This document shows, piece after piece, positions 47,704 to 62,418 of a stretch of DNA of 64,000 nt. The translations under genes and the position numbers were made by a program. The stretch is from Eledone cirrhosa (Eukaryota): NCBI GenBank assembly GCA_964016885.1, contig OZ024755.1:15252001-15316000 (forward strand), written 5' to 3'. How positions within the stretch are numbered: the stretch's first letter is position 1; the number at the start of each line of letters is the position of its first letter. The notes under the pieces were generated by a model, which searched no databases, was not told where the DNA came from, and saw only the letters and a program-made list of their open reading frames with translations.

Positions 47704-49489
47704 TTCTAAATTATAATGTAATAACGTGAGTACCCTATATATTTCTGGGAATATAGACAAAGAAAAACGAAAAAAAAAGAACATCGTATAGGATAAATAA
47801 CATCTAGTAATCGTTTTATCAGATATGTATTCTAAAAAACAAAATCAAATTTAAGAAAATCCATCATTTAGAAGTATTAATGCTTACATCGAATGACACT
47901 ACTGCACTGATAGCAACAAATGTATATCTCAGTTATAGTATATTTATAAATGATAAGATATGACTCAACGTATGATTAATACATTCATTAAAAAGTAATT
48001 TGTGATTACAAACAAATAATTTCTATAGAACAGCACAGATTTATATTGGATACGTTGCTCGAGAAGAGTTAATGTTAATAGCAGTTGAAAGAAATAAGAA
48101 TGTCGCTGGATGATTCAATTTATCTACAAAATGAACTAAATCTATGGCAACACAAACCAGACAAGGTTTCAATGTAACTAATTTCATTTTATAATTTCCA
48201 ATGTTTATTCGCATTTTTCTTCCCTGAAAGCAAATCTTGAACGATTGTTAATTACCTTGACATGTCAGGAATATAGATTGTTATGAATACAGAAAAGCAT
48301 CAATTAGATTCTCCTCCATCAAACAAAAAGTAATTAAAAATATACAAAATCAGTGGTCTTCAGGAACTAGTTAAATATTACGGACCGGTATCGTCAAAAG
48401 TATGGAAAATATATATATTACTGAGAAACATTCTTAAAGCAACTACTCTCATCTAATATACAGATAGATATAAACACAAGTAACAGAAATGAGAAATATG
48501 GAGACATGCAGCGAGGTAAATGTGTGACGAATAATAATCAAACATATATTATTAATACACGTTGAGCAAAATGCAAAAATATATATATCTACTTAAATAT
48601 TTCAATTATAGAAAAATATATTTTTTTAAATGCGTGCCTAGTGTTTTACCCACTGTTACCATTGCAGGCTGTTATAAACTTAAAAGAAATTAGTAGACAA
48701 TATAAAAAGGAACATATCATAGGTCTGTACGAAATTATAAATTATTTCGTGGGACATCTCTTTGGTAAGATTAATCATTATATATGTCTCAAATTTGGTA
48801 CACATTTAGTACAAATGTTTCAGGTATCGAAACACATCAATGAATTGTTCGGCAAAATATAATGACTCATGTGCCTGACAATATATATGAAAGCTATAAG
48901 CTGTATATTATCCCATCATCTTAATGTGATTTTATCACACACATTTTCGAAGGAGCTGCAGTCAAAATAATTATGTCATTAGGAACGATCGATTTATAAT
49001 AAGGTAGCCTGTCAGTCTTATTAGAGATGCTGTTAGCTGTATTGTCATCATGATCCTATTAGGGAAATTCTACTAGAAGCAGTCATTATGAAAAGCTTAA
49101 TCAAAGGTAGAAGTACTGTTAGAAGTATAACATCAGAGGCACAATTATCTTTGAAGCTCGTCTCGGTCTCTAACAAACAGAGAGAAAGAACTTCAGCTGC
49201 ACATTTAAGCAACCCTCCATTTCTTCAACTGATAGTATACAGAAAGAAAAGATGGATGTTTAAGTCAGATACATGTGTTTCAAAATATATAGTCTACCCA
49301 GAAATACATGAATCACTTATAAAAACAGTTAAGCGATTAAATGCTATTTGTTGTATTTTTTAATTAGGAATTTAAGACAGTTTTACAATATTAATTCAAA
49401 GTTATTTTGGATAAGCAGTAACTGAAGAGAATTTAAATCCCGTTGAGGATGTATGTATATCACAAGAAACATTTTGATTTTAAAAAAAA

Positions 49490-49530
<41 letters not shown>

Positions 49531-49726
49531 GTGTGTGGGTATGTATGTGTGTGTGTAGTATTTTATAATGGATAATTAGTGACTCTTGGTAATCTATATT
49601 TTCACCTGTGAACAAGCAGGATATTAAGCAATCCTGAATGTACACAGGTAAAACTCCTCAGTAACAATACTTACTACTTAACCATAAAAAAGAGTATTTA
49701 AACACTAATACGGTATTGAGTTCTCT

Positions 49727-49778
<52 letters not shown>

Positions 49779-49888
49779 TATCCATTTGAACTAAAAGTCC
49801 CTTGAAATTATGAAAATTGACATATAGTGGTGCCAAGGTAAATGAATATATCAATAGACGATCACAATGTATCAGTGTGCGTATGCAC

Positions 49889-49926
<38 letters not shown>

Positions 49927-50073
49927 TATTTTCCGTTGTGTTGTAATATAAATATTACACACAGTAGATTATCAGCTCACGTAGAGTTTGCTCGACGGTT
50001 CCAGTTGTAGTTCCAAAAGTAATCCGGAGAAAAATAGAAAGATTTGAATGGATACAGTTTAGTTGAAAGGAAT

Positions 50074-50190
50074 TTATTGACACGTGTTTCTATAACAGTT
50101 ACATAACCTAAAACAGCTATCTACAAACTTTTAGTTATGCAGACATTCAATATTTCAATGTTATTATTTACTGTCATTTCATCAGAATAA
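50074..50190 (-). ncRNA. Type I hammerhead ribozyme, long stem II
   Basis: Mirror image of 52318-52434. Confidence 0.78.
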
Positions 50191-50746
50191 TATTACTGAG
50201 GACCTATTTAGTTTTTATAGAGAATATTAGGAGGGAGGGGTGAAGTTGTTAGAAGAATAGTTGAAGGAGTGGTTTTTTGATAGCAGTGAGAATTCTTGGT
50301 GGCAGTGAGTAATTAGATTCCCATCTGTTGTTTTGACATTTTTTATAGAATATATTATTGGTTATTTTTCTAAATCTATAGAAGGATTAGAGATAGTAAA
50401 GATATGCGTGGTTGGTTTTGTGTTTGCACTTAATTAACATTCAGACTTAAATTTTTCTTTCAAGTGTACGTATCCTTTCACCCACGCATTCACACACAAA
50501 TATATTTGCACACCTCTACAAAATACATATACTCACAATTCACATATTCATACTTACATATATATACACATGCATATACATATATATACACACATGTATT
50601 CATGTACATACATACGCGCTCATGTGTATACATTTTCATACTCAACTTATCTTTATATACACACGTATAGACACACACATATATACATACATACTCTAGT
50701 CCATGTGTACACACATACACATACATACACATCTATATACACATAT

Positions 50747-50806
<60 letters not shown>

Positions 50807-51720
50807 AGCACTTTAATACATGAATACACCTACATCTAACTATACACATCCAACATATATATATATTTACTTATTTATATACATTTTCGCATATATATAC
50901 ATACTTATGGACGTTTTTAGACACATTCATTATCGCATATTTGCACCTATTCTCATCAGCATATCTTTCCATTATTAGTGTGGTAATTTAAGCTTATTAA
51001 TATATGTTGAGAAGAGATTGTTTTTATATTTTTCTAACTAGATTAAGGTTTATATAGTTGGGGGATGTCCCCCTTTTATGTAATATTCGGCTTGTAGTGG
51101 GAAAAAAGGGTTTTAGTTCTGTGACGGCAGAATAATGTTCGTTCAATTCTGTTATTCAGCAGTTTCTTCTTGTGTGTGATTATGTAATAAATCTCAAGAT
51201 TACACAATTTGCAGAAATTTTGGCTCCTGGAAAAGCTTTGGGTTTTAGCTAATTTCATATATATATATTAGCTAAAACCCAAAGCTTTTCCAGGAGCCAA
51301 AATTTCTGCAAATTGTGTAATCTTGAGATTTATTACATAATCACACACAAGAAGAAACTGCTGAATAACAGAATTGAACGAACATTATTCTGCCGTCACA
51401 GAACTAAAACCCTTTTTTCCCACTACAAGCCGAATATTACATAAAAGAGGGACATCCCCCAACTATATAAACCTTAATCTAGTTAGAAAAATATAAAAAC
51501 AATCTCTTCTCAACATATATTAATAACCTTAAATTACCACACTAATAATGGAAAGATATGCTGATGAGAATAGGTGCAAATATGCGATAATTAATGTGTC
51601 TAAAAACGTCCATAAGTATGTATATATATGCGAAAATGTATATAAATAAGTAAATATATATATATGTTGGATGTGTATAGTTAGATGTAGGTGTATTCAT
51701 GTATTAAAGTGCTTATATAT

Positions 51721-51753
<33 letters not shown>

Positions 51754-52317
51754 GTATGTATATATGTGTATATAGATGTGTATGTATGTGTATGTGTGTA
51801 CACATGGACTAGAGTATGTATGTATATATGTGTGTGTCTATACGTGTGTATATAAAGATAAGTTGAGTATGAAAATGTATACACATGAGCGCGTATGTAT
51901 GTACATGAATACATGTGTGTATATATATGTATATGCATGTGTATATATATGTAAGTATGAATATGTGAATTGTGAGTATATGTATTTTGTAGAGGTGTGC
52001 AAATATATTTGTGTGTGAATGCGTGGGTGAAAGGATACGTACACTTGAAAGAAAAATTTATGTCTGAATGTTAATTAAGTGCAAACACAAAACCAACCAC
52101 GCATATCTTTACTATCTCTAATCCTTCTATAGATTTAGAAAAATAACCAATAATATATTCTATAAAAAATGTCAAAACAACAGATGGGAATCTAATTACT
52201 CACTGCCACCAAGAATTCTCACTGCTATCAAAAAACCACTCCTTCAACTATTCTTCTAACAACTTCACCCCTCCCTCCTAATATTCTCTATAAAAACTAA
52301 ATAGGTCCTCAGTAATA

Positions 52318-52434
52318 TTATTCTGATGAAATGACAGTAAATAATAACATTGAAATATTGAATGTCTGCATAACTAAAAGTTTGTAGATAGCTGTTTTAG
52401 GTTATGTAACTGTTATAGAAACACGTGTCAATAA
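52318..52434 (+). ncRNA. Type I hammerhead ribozyme, long stem II
   Basis: TTATT-CTGATGA(52323-29)-a-ATGACAGT...ACTGTTAT-a-GAAA(52418-21)-CACGTG-TC-AATAA. Confidence 0.78.
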
Positions 52435-52494
52435 ATTCATTTCAACTAAACTGTATCCATTCAAATCTTTCTATATATATATATATATATATAA

Positions 52495-52673
52495 GAAAGT
52501 GTGTTAAGAAACCAGGTGGAAAATAACGCACAAGAGTACTCGATACTTAGGGTAGTAGAATGGGTAATAGGAAAAAGGTCAGGACCCCGATGGCTGAGTT
52601 GCGGTCATTTCGACAGCTAGTTCGGATCTAGCTGTCGAAACGGCCGGAGCTTAGCCATCGGGGTCCTGACTTT

Positions 52674-52678
<5 letters not shown>
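52495..52678. mobile_element. Family A fold-back copy
   Basis: Palindrome 52571-52677 centred on gacagctag-ttcggat-ctagctgtc; left arm extends with the antisense tail. Confidence 0.8.
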
Positions 52679-52717
<39 letters not shown>

Positions 52718-52719
<2 letters not shown>

Positions 52720-52906
52720 AACGAAAGGATTATGGTAAGGAACCAGATTGACCATAACGCACCAAAGTACTCAATACTTATGGTAGTAGAGTGGGTAATA
52801 GGAACAAGTATTACCCCGACGGCAGAGCTCAAGCCATTTCGACGGCTATTTCTGAAATAGCCGTCGAAATGGCTTGAGCTCTGCCATCGGGGTCACACTT
52901 TCTCCT
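52718..52906. mobile_element. Family A fold-back copy (second, tandem)
   Basis: Palindrome ~52813-52893 centred on gacggctatttc-t-gaaatagccgtc. Confidence 0.8.
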
Positions 52907-52921
52907 ATATATATATATATA

Positions 52922-52978
52922 TGGCGTTGCCCCAGCTTGGCTTCACTCTAACGACCAAAGCAAGTAAAATAACAAAAG
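52922..52978 (+). mobile_element. Short LINE/SINE 3'-tail fragment
   Basis: ggcgttgccccagcttggc...aagcaagtaaaa resembles the LINE 3' end ggcggtgccccagcatggc...aaacaggtaaaa at 36822-36870. Confidence 0.6.
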
Positions 52979-53806
52979 GATGTAAATAGAAAAGTATCTT
53001 TGCTAGATAGTTGTTGCAGTGTATGTTTACATATGAGCATTTGTGTATTTACAACGATATTCAAGGATATCTGAATGTATATATATATATGTGTGTGTGC
53101 GCGCTATAGACAAAATCTGATGTTGTGTATCTAGCTATGTGTCTGAAGTAATTACTCACAAACGTCGGTCGGCTGCTTTTAATCGCAAGTCATTTCTAGC
53201 TTTAAAACCTCACACGAAAGTATTTGAGATATCTAGAGTAGGAAGTTAAATCAGACACTATTGAATGTTGAACGGAGAGAAACCAGGAATAAATCAGAAA
53301 TAGACAAAGAGAAAGAAATAATAAACGGAATGAAGAGAAGGGTGAGAGTGAGGAAGAAACACAGTGACTTGGGATATAAAGTATAAAGACACATGAAAAA
53401 GAATAGAGATAAATTGGTAAGAAAAAAATATATATATACATACATAGAAACAAACGTAAATGTTGAAGACAGAACTCTAATAGATGCAAGTCTACTTTAG
53501 TCTTAGAAGTGGTCTGGTATCCAGCTGTTCAGGGTTGTTAGTTTTCGAATTAATGGCACAATGCCGATTGTGACCCTTCCAACTACCATGTAACGAGCAG
53601 TAACTATCGCAAAACTATCACGTAACTGCTCCAAGCAAAAGATCTTCTGAACGCCTCTTAATAAGCGCAGTTACCAAAATTCATGTTCGACTTCTGTCAG
53701 AAAGTTGCGAAGTCACGCCGAGAAAATTGGACTTATTTTAAAGAAATCTAAACTATATAATCCCTTATGTCTGAACACACTCACAAATACATTTACACAC
53801 ACACGC

Positions 53807-53955
<149 letters not shown>

Positions 53956-54653
53956 CGCGCATACACACACAATCGAAAAATGATATTCGTGCACGTAAAA
54001 TGTTCGTATTTATAGACTAAACGATACTAATATTCCTCTCTCTCTCCTCTATGAACACACACAATACACACACATATATATATATATACATACTCACACA
54101 CAAGGAAGAAATGTTATTAAAGAAATAAAAGGACTGTAGAAACACATTGACAGACATACAGACACAAACGGATGGGGATTTATAAAACACGTATATATGT
54201 AATTATCTCTATTATATAGCCATACGATAAACGAATGGAAACGTAAAAAGTAACAAAATTGTTAAAATTACTGTTAATAGTTTATATAGAATATTCTATT
54301 GCTGTTGTTACTATGTATGTAAATCTATAAGAATATAATATGGCAATATAAATGTGTCTGCCATTACAATTCTTGGTGTGTAGCCTTCAGTATTTCAGTT
54401 AAATATTCTTCTTGTTACTTCAGACGTACTTTTGAAATTGTTGGTCTTCCTGTTTCCAGAACGTTATTTCCTCTCTCAAATTTGCCATCTTTTCTTTAAT
54501 CTGAACGAACAAAACTAGCAACATATTTAATAAAACTACTTTGAATAGTAGATGCTTAGTACGTTTAGGAATTTGGGAGAGATTCTGATATTGTAGTATT
54601 TTAAACTGCCGTTTTGCGCGTTCAATTACACGACAGAGTGAATATATACATAT

Positions 54654-54945
54654 ATGGTGGCTGCCAACTTGTTTTCGAGTACGGCCACTACTTTATATCC
54701 ATGTAGGAGAACCCCAAGCGATGCGCTGAACGACTGTGACTTTTTAGTCCAGCCAGCGACTTGAAAACTCTGGTACAAACACTACACTTATGACAATTAT
54801 TGACAGTGCCATGGTACCATGTGACGACAAGTGCAGAGAGATCTCCAGATATAAAGCAATGCCTGTGCCGTGAAGCTTTTATAGTGAGCAAAGGCACTGC
54901 ACAAAGCCAGTCCCATCCGCAACCCTGATGGTATCCAATGATGTT
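54654..54945 (-). mobile_element. Probable RTE-type LINE 3' end with C2H2 finger
   Basis: [22 protein letters not shown] at 54721-54786, just before a short 3' end abutting TA; RTE-clade ORFs often end in such a finger. Confidence 0.5.
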
Positions 54946-54947
54946 GA

Positions 54948-56522
54948 TATACATATATATATACATATATACATACATATATATATACATACATATATAT
55001 ATATATACATATATATATATACATATATACATATATATATATACATATATATATACATATATATATACATATATATACATATATATATACATATATATAT
55101 ACATACATATATATATACATATATATATACATACATATATATATACATACATATACATACATATACATATACATATACATATATATATACATACATATAT
55201 ACATACATATATATATACATACATATATATATACATACATATATATATACATACATATATATATACACACATATATATATATATACATACATATATACAT
55301 ACATACATATATACATACATACATATATACATACATACATATATATATACATACATATATACATACATACATATATACATACATACATATATACATACAT
55401 ATATACATACATACATATATATATACATACATATATACATACATATATACATACATATATACATACATATATACATACATATATACATACATATATACAT
55501 ACATATATACATACATATATATATACATATATATATACATATATATATACATATATATATACATATATATATACATATATATATACATATATATATACAT
55601 ATATATATACATATATATATACATATATATATACATATATATATACATATATATATACATATATATATACATATATATATACATATATATATACATATAT
55701 ATATACATATATATATACATATATATATACATATATATATACATATATATATACATATATATATACATATATATATACATATATATATACATATATATAT
55801 ACATATATATATACATACATATATACATATATATATACATACATATATACATATATATATACATACATATATACATATATATATACATACATATATACAT
55901 ACATATATACATACATATATACATACATATATACATACATATATACATACATATATACATACATATATATATACATATATATATACATATATATATACAT
56001 ATATATATACATACATATATACATACATATATATATACATACATATATATACATATATATATACATACATATATATATACATACATATATATATATACAT
56101 ATATATATACATACATATATATACATATATATATACATACATATACATACATATATATATACATACATATACATACATATATATATACATACATATACAT
56201 ACATATATATATATACATATATATATACATATATATATATATATACATACATATATATACATATATATATACATATATATATATATATACATACATATAT
56301 ATACATATATATATACATATATATATATATATACATACATATATACATATATATACATATATATATACATATATATATATATACATACATATATATACAT
56401 ATATACATATATATATACATATATACATATATACATACATATATACATACATATATACATACATATATATATACATATATATATACATATATATATACAT
56501 ATATATATACATATATATATAC

Positions 56523-56555
<33 letters not shown>

Positions 56556-56693
56556 CATACATATATATACATATATACATACATATATATACATATATAT
56601 ACATATATATACATACATATATATATATACATGCATATATATATATATACATGCATATATATATATACATACATATATATATATACATACATA

Positions 56694-56775
<82 letters not shown>

Positions 56776-56791
56776 CATACATATATATATA

Positions 56792-56841
<50 letters not shown>

Positions 56842-57727
56842 CATACATACATATATATACACATATATATATACATATATATATACATATATATACACAT
56901 ACATACATATACATACATATACATATATATACATATACATATATATACATATATATACATATACATATATATACATATATATACATACATATATATACAT
57001 ATATATACATACATATATATACATATATATACATACATATATATACATATATATACATACATATATATACATATATATATATATACATATATATACATAT
57101 ATATACATACATATATATACATATATATACATACATATATATACATATATATACATATATATACATATATATACATACATATATATACATATATATACAT
57201 ACATATATATACATATATATATACATATATACATACATACATATATATACATATATATATACATATATATATACATACATATACATATATACATATATAC
57301 ATACATATATACATACATACATATACATACATACATATATGTATATATACATATGTATATATACATATATATATATACATATATATATATATACATATGT
57401 ATATATACATATATATATATACATATATATATATATACATATATATATATACATATATATATATACACATATATATATACATATATATATATACACATAT
57501 ATATATATACACATATATATATATACATATATACATATATATATATACACATATATATATACACATATATATATACATATACATATATACATATATACAT
57601 ATATATATATATATACATATATATGTATACATATATATATATATATACATCTGTATATGTATACATATATATATATATATACATCTGTATATGTATACAT
57701 ATATATATATATATACATCTGTATATG

Positions 57728-57758
<31 letters not shown>

Positions 57759-57779
57759 ATACATACATACATATATATA

Positions 57780-57810
<31 letters not shown>

Positions 57811-57999
57811 ACATATACATATATACATATATATATACATACATATATATATATATACATACATACATATATATATATATACATATATACATACATATAT
57901 ACATATATATATACATACATATATATATACATATATACATACATATATACATATATACATACATATATACATATATATATACATTTATACATATGCATA

Positions 58000-58059
<60 letters not shown>

Positions 58060-58110
58060 CATATATATATGTATACATATTTATATATACATATATAAAC
58101 ATATATATAT
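54948..58110. repeat. 3.2-kb (TA)/(TACA)n compound array
   Basis: Direct reading; contains regular 12-nt units (acatatatatat; acatacatatat). Confidence 0.97.
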
Positions 58111-58179
58111 ACAAAAATATCACTCGCATCACATAACAACAGTACGGCACAATTATTTCACCTCAATTGGCCCTGCACT
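58111..58179 (+). mobile_element. Internal 69-bp fragment of the LINE family at 21228/38608
   Basis: Encodes [23 protein letters not shown]. Confidence 0.8.
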
Positions 58180-59499
58180 ATGTGTGCTATTTGTTACAGA
58201 GGCGTGTGGTGATAATGTAGGTATTTTTTATGTAAGGTGTAATGTAAAGCACTATATAGAGTTCGGTATGTGATTTTCATTTAAGTGTTTTTGTATTGTA
58301 GTTCGAATTTATGTGCATTTTTCGTTTGTTACTCACAGATATTAACATTGGGATTATTTTAAAGCGTTTATAGTCAATAAGTGTTTGTTTTTTAAATGTA
58401 AATTCCTCCGAATTACTGGCCATGTTGTGATTGTAGGTATATTATCTTATGCATTTTTTATCTGTAAATTATCTTTTCTAAGGTTTGTATTAACCGTTAT
58501 TAAGCTGTTGGTAAACCCTTAGATTACTTAATTTCATAAGTTTACATATATATTTATATATATATATATATATATAAACATTAATGCATACATAAATACA
58601 TACATCTATCTATCTATCTCTCTATAGATATTTTTATACAAACATATATAGATACATGCATAGTTACATATATACATACGTATATGTGCATACGTGTGTG
58701 CTTATTTGCGTGTTGGTGTAATATATGTATAAATGGTGAACAAATTTTTCAAGAAAATATTTTGTATTGAATCCTCACCACTGGATTATGGTTTTATCTA
58801 TTAGCTATTGGTTTTGTATGTTATCGATGTTATTTCATCTTATCAATAGCATTTTACAAGCGTGTAAAATAACGAGCAAGCAATTGAAGACAAATGTGTT
58901 TCAGAAATTGATTTGCTGCAGTTGTATTGCACTTGCAACAAGGAGCAATTGGAATGTATTACATAAAGCAACATAAAGTAAATCTAGATATAACATTAGT
59001 AAACAATACATTCATACTATAGAAAATATTTCAAAATATAAGTGATTGATTATGGGAAATAGTTATAGTACAATACAATGCTAAAATGATCCCCTGCATG
59101 ACAAACATTAATAAATTATAAAACTAACCCCCCGACTGATGACGTACAAACGGATGATAAAACATCCACATTCTGTGCTTATAACTACACCAATAACATT
59201 GGGCTTCTATACTATGATATATTTTCAACGGGTTATTGTTCATCTGTATTTGTAAAAAATAGTTTCATAGGTTAACCTCAAACGTATCTGCCTGCTTCCA
59301 TGTGAACGAAAGACGACTGAAGGATTTAGTGATGCTAGTGTTGTGATACCTTCCATGAGTTAATTTCAACTTATTTTTTATTAATACCTGGGTTGTTTCC
59401 TTCTTTCCAGAGTTGAAAAGTAAAGCTCATTTTGTCTTTACATGAGAGTAAGTGGATCAGCCTAAGATATGTTCAGGTGTTCCTCATATCTCACCAAAA

Positions 59500-59770
59500 T
59501 CAATTCCATCCATTAATGTGTTTCTTGAATTATATTAATAATGGGAGACTTCACTTACCCTCTAGTGGATTGACCATAAACACTCTCAAACTACATACCT
59601 GCATTTGAATCCACGAGAAGAAACGGCAGAACATATTGTAACAGTATGAGTGAATAGTGGTTGGAACAATGAGACAGTATACAAGATTTTATGACGTAGT
59701 GTACATCAATGACTAGTACTATTCATAATATCTTGGTGTAAAAATCACATGTATCGAATCAAAAAATAAC
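59500..59770 (+). pseudogene. Possible highly decayed LINE APE endonuclease
   Basis: ataatgggagacttcacttaccctctagtggattga = IMGDFTYPLVD*, like the GDFN.P.IDW motif; the rest is heavily degraded. Confidence 0.3.
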
Positions 59771-61032
59771 ATACTATCTCTGTTTTGTTTTGGTTATATA
59801 CAATGTTGGCACGACGAACAGACACTAGGTTATTCGATGAGAGTGTGAAAATGTCCTCGCTCATGAGGGCACAGAAATATTGGTGTATTAGCGGAAGCAT
59901 GCTAGACTGGAATTTTATGTCGGTCCATGGAAGGTGAGAAATTGTTCGGGTCATAGAAACGAATGACATCATAACAGTAGTAGCTCATGGCAGTGGGTGC
60001 TTTATATACGAATTTATATAGAAAAATGTAAGGAAGCGCAAAACGTGATAATACACTGCAGCGAATTGTCAGAGGAGTATATATATATATATATATTAGT
60101 CTGTGTTTGTGTATATATTTATCAAGTTGCATATATATACACATATATATATATATATATATATATGCAACTTGATAGATATATACACAAACACACACAC
60201 ACACATATATATATATATAGTAATAATAATAAATTTGAAGATTAAAATCCAAAGAGGGCTCGATAAGGATAAATATATATCACGTATATATATGTATGTA
60301 TGTATATGTGTGTGTATATATCTATCAAGTTGCATATATATATATACACACACACAAATATAACGACTGATCCAGACATACAGTAGAACATACAAACATT
60401 TTTGGGAATGCATGTTGAGTGTTCGTATGAGTTTAGTTTTCTATTACATGCTACAAGAATAATAAAAAAACTACGAGAAATTTATCGTATCAATGAATTA
60501 ATTTCAGCATTTATGTATGCATTCATGAAGCCTTTTCAACTTTCCGTTATTATTATGATTATTTCACATTAATACTTTTCAAGATTCTATTTGTTAGGAT
60601 CAGTATGAGGTCGTTCGAAAAACGCCTTTGTTTTTTATACTATTTTTTTTCCGCTTTATCTATCGTCTGTTTTATCCATTTCTTTTCTTCATATATTTTC
60701 ATGTCTTTCTTTGTACTTTTGTACATCATATTATATTCGTTTTCTATAAATGCTTCTTTTCCTTTTCTTTACCACTGTCTTCCTTCATTTTTTTTATTAT
60801 TTTACGTACAGCCATTTATGGGAGAAATGGTAATCTTAGTTCATTGAAGCAGACGATACAAAGCGCTTAGTGTTTTGAGCAGTTATGCATGTTGCTGCGC
60901 ATTTAGACGTGAAATATGTGTAAATATTCGTTCTCATGTTGCTTTAGCTGCTGCGGTTGTCGTCTATTTTGTAGCAATTGTTGCTGGTGCTGTTGCTTCG
61001 GGTGTTACTACTACGATTATTATTATTATTAC

Positions 61033-61073
<41 letters not shown>

Positions 61074-61441
61074 TCGGTGTTGGGGCTGCTGATGCTGGTA
61101 GTATTCCCTGGTTTGGTTTTGTTTGTTTTTTCGTTTTGTTTCTTTTTTACGTTGCGTATTGTATGTTCTGATGATCCATGTGTTTTTGCCATAATACATA
61201 AACTTTGCATACATGCATAAATACATATAAAGTTTAATAATGCTTCCCATTGTATACACGTCACAAGCAGACACCGTCTATTCATACATATACATACACA
61301 AATAAATGTGTTTGTGCGTGTATGTGTGAAAAGGTATGTGTGTAGGTGCATCCGTGTGCACGCACAAATAGGTAACTGTCATTTATTGTTCTTGGTGTTA
61401 AAGAAATCTGTCAGATCTATATATTAAGCTAATACATTCCC

Positions 61442-61470
<29 letters not shown>

Positions 61471-61473
<3 letters not shown>

Positions 61474-61521
61474 AAAAGCTAAACAGAAATAACAACACAA
61501 TCGGTACAGTATATGGAAGGT
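61471..61521 (-). mobile_element. Terminal fragment of the PLE tail at 16428-16475
   Basis: Reverse complement of ccttccatatactgtaccgattgtgttatttctgtttaccttttaca, embedded in TA. Confidence 0.8.
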
Positions 61522-61614
61522 ATATATATATATATATATGTGTGTATGTACATTACATATATATAGGTATATATATAAATATGTACATATATATATATAT
61601 AAACTAAAAAATTG

Positions 61615-61665
<51 letters not shown>

Positions 61666-62418
61666 CACTTATATATATACACAGTTCAAGAGTAACCAAT
61701 CTTAAAGAGAGAGATAGAGATAGGAGAGGAGAGATTGGTGAATTAGTTAGAAGCCAAAGCGTAAAGGCATGTGCTCAATGTGAAATATGCAGTAGAAAGC
61801 AGCTAGGTGGCTGGGTTCATGCAGAAGTTAGGCGCGCAGAGCTGGAAATATTCATTAGTTAAGTAAAACAAGGCCACAAATTTCCTAAGGAAGACATTAT
61901 TAAAAGATTGTCAGCATATTTTACTTTGATGTAAGGAATAATAATAATAATGACCGTTTACAATTGTTTCGCTACTCCATATAATATTTCTGGATCAGAT
62001 GACTATATATCATTATTGATCTGGTTCAGTTGAAAATAATTAACATATTTAAAAACAGAGCGGCTCATCGGAACTTCAGGGGAATATCAATTAAAATAAG
62101 GAGAGAATGTTACATAATGTAGTGTTCCATATATTGGTGTTTCACTATGGTGTCCTGGTTGTATCAGTTATCAGCCATAATCAAGCAGTATTCATCTGTC
62201 GAGGCTGCATTGTGTGAGATCTGCCTATGGGTAACAAGATGGCTGCGAAAGGACATATTTACCTTACTAATTAGAGGGTGGTTTCAGGGGAAGTAACTCC
62301 TCGACAGATTAGAATTGTGGGTAGTTTATAGTTAAGTGCTAATTTGGGGGTAATTTTTTAAGTGAGACAATGTAGGGGTGGTAACTTATGATGGTGGTGT
62401 AAGGTGAGTCAGCTATTC

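Larger units (their letters stand above)
49922..52473. mobile_element. Head-to-head palindromic pair of 5'-truncated PLEs
   Basis: Arms 50035-51253 and 51267-52473, spacer ttcatatatatat; the left arm extends about 115 bp further to TA at 49921; each arm has the EN C-terminus, UTR and HHR. Confidence 0.92.

Noticed and set aside
54721-54786. Host C2H2 zinc-finger gene exon
   Set aside because: Single finger without TGEKP linkers, followed by a short 3' end and TA; better explained as a LINE terminus.
59136-59175. CTGATGA at about 59136 (also near 20724, 51560, 61167) as hammerheads
   Set aside because: No correctly placed GAAA, UH and stem I complement.
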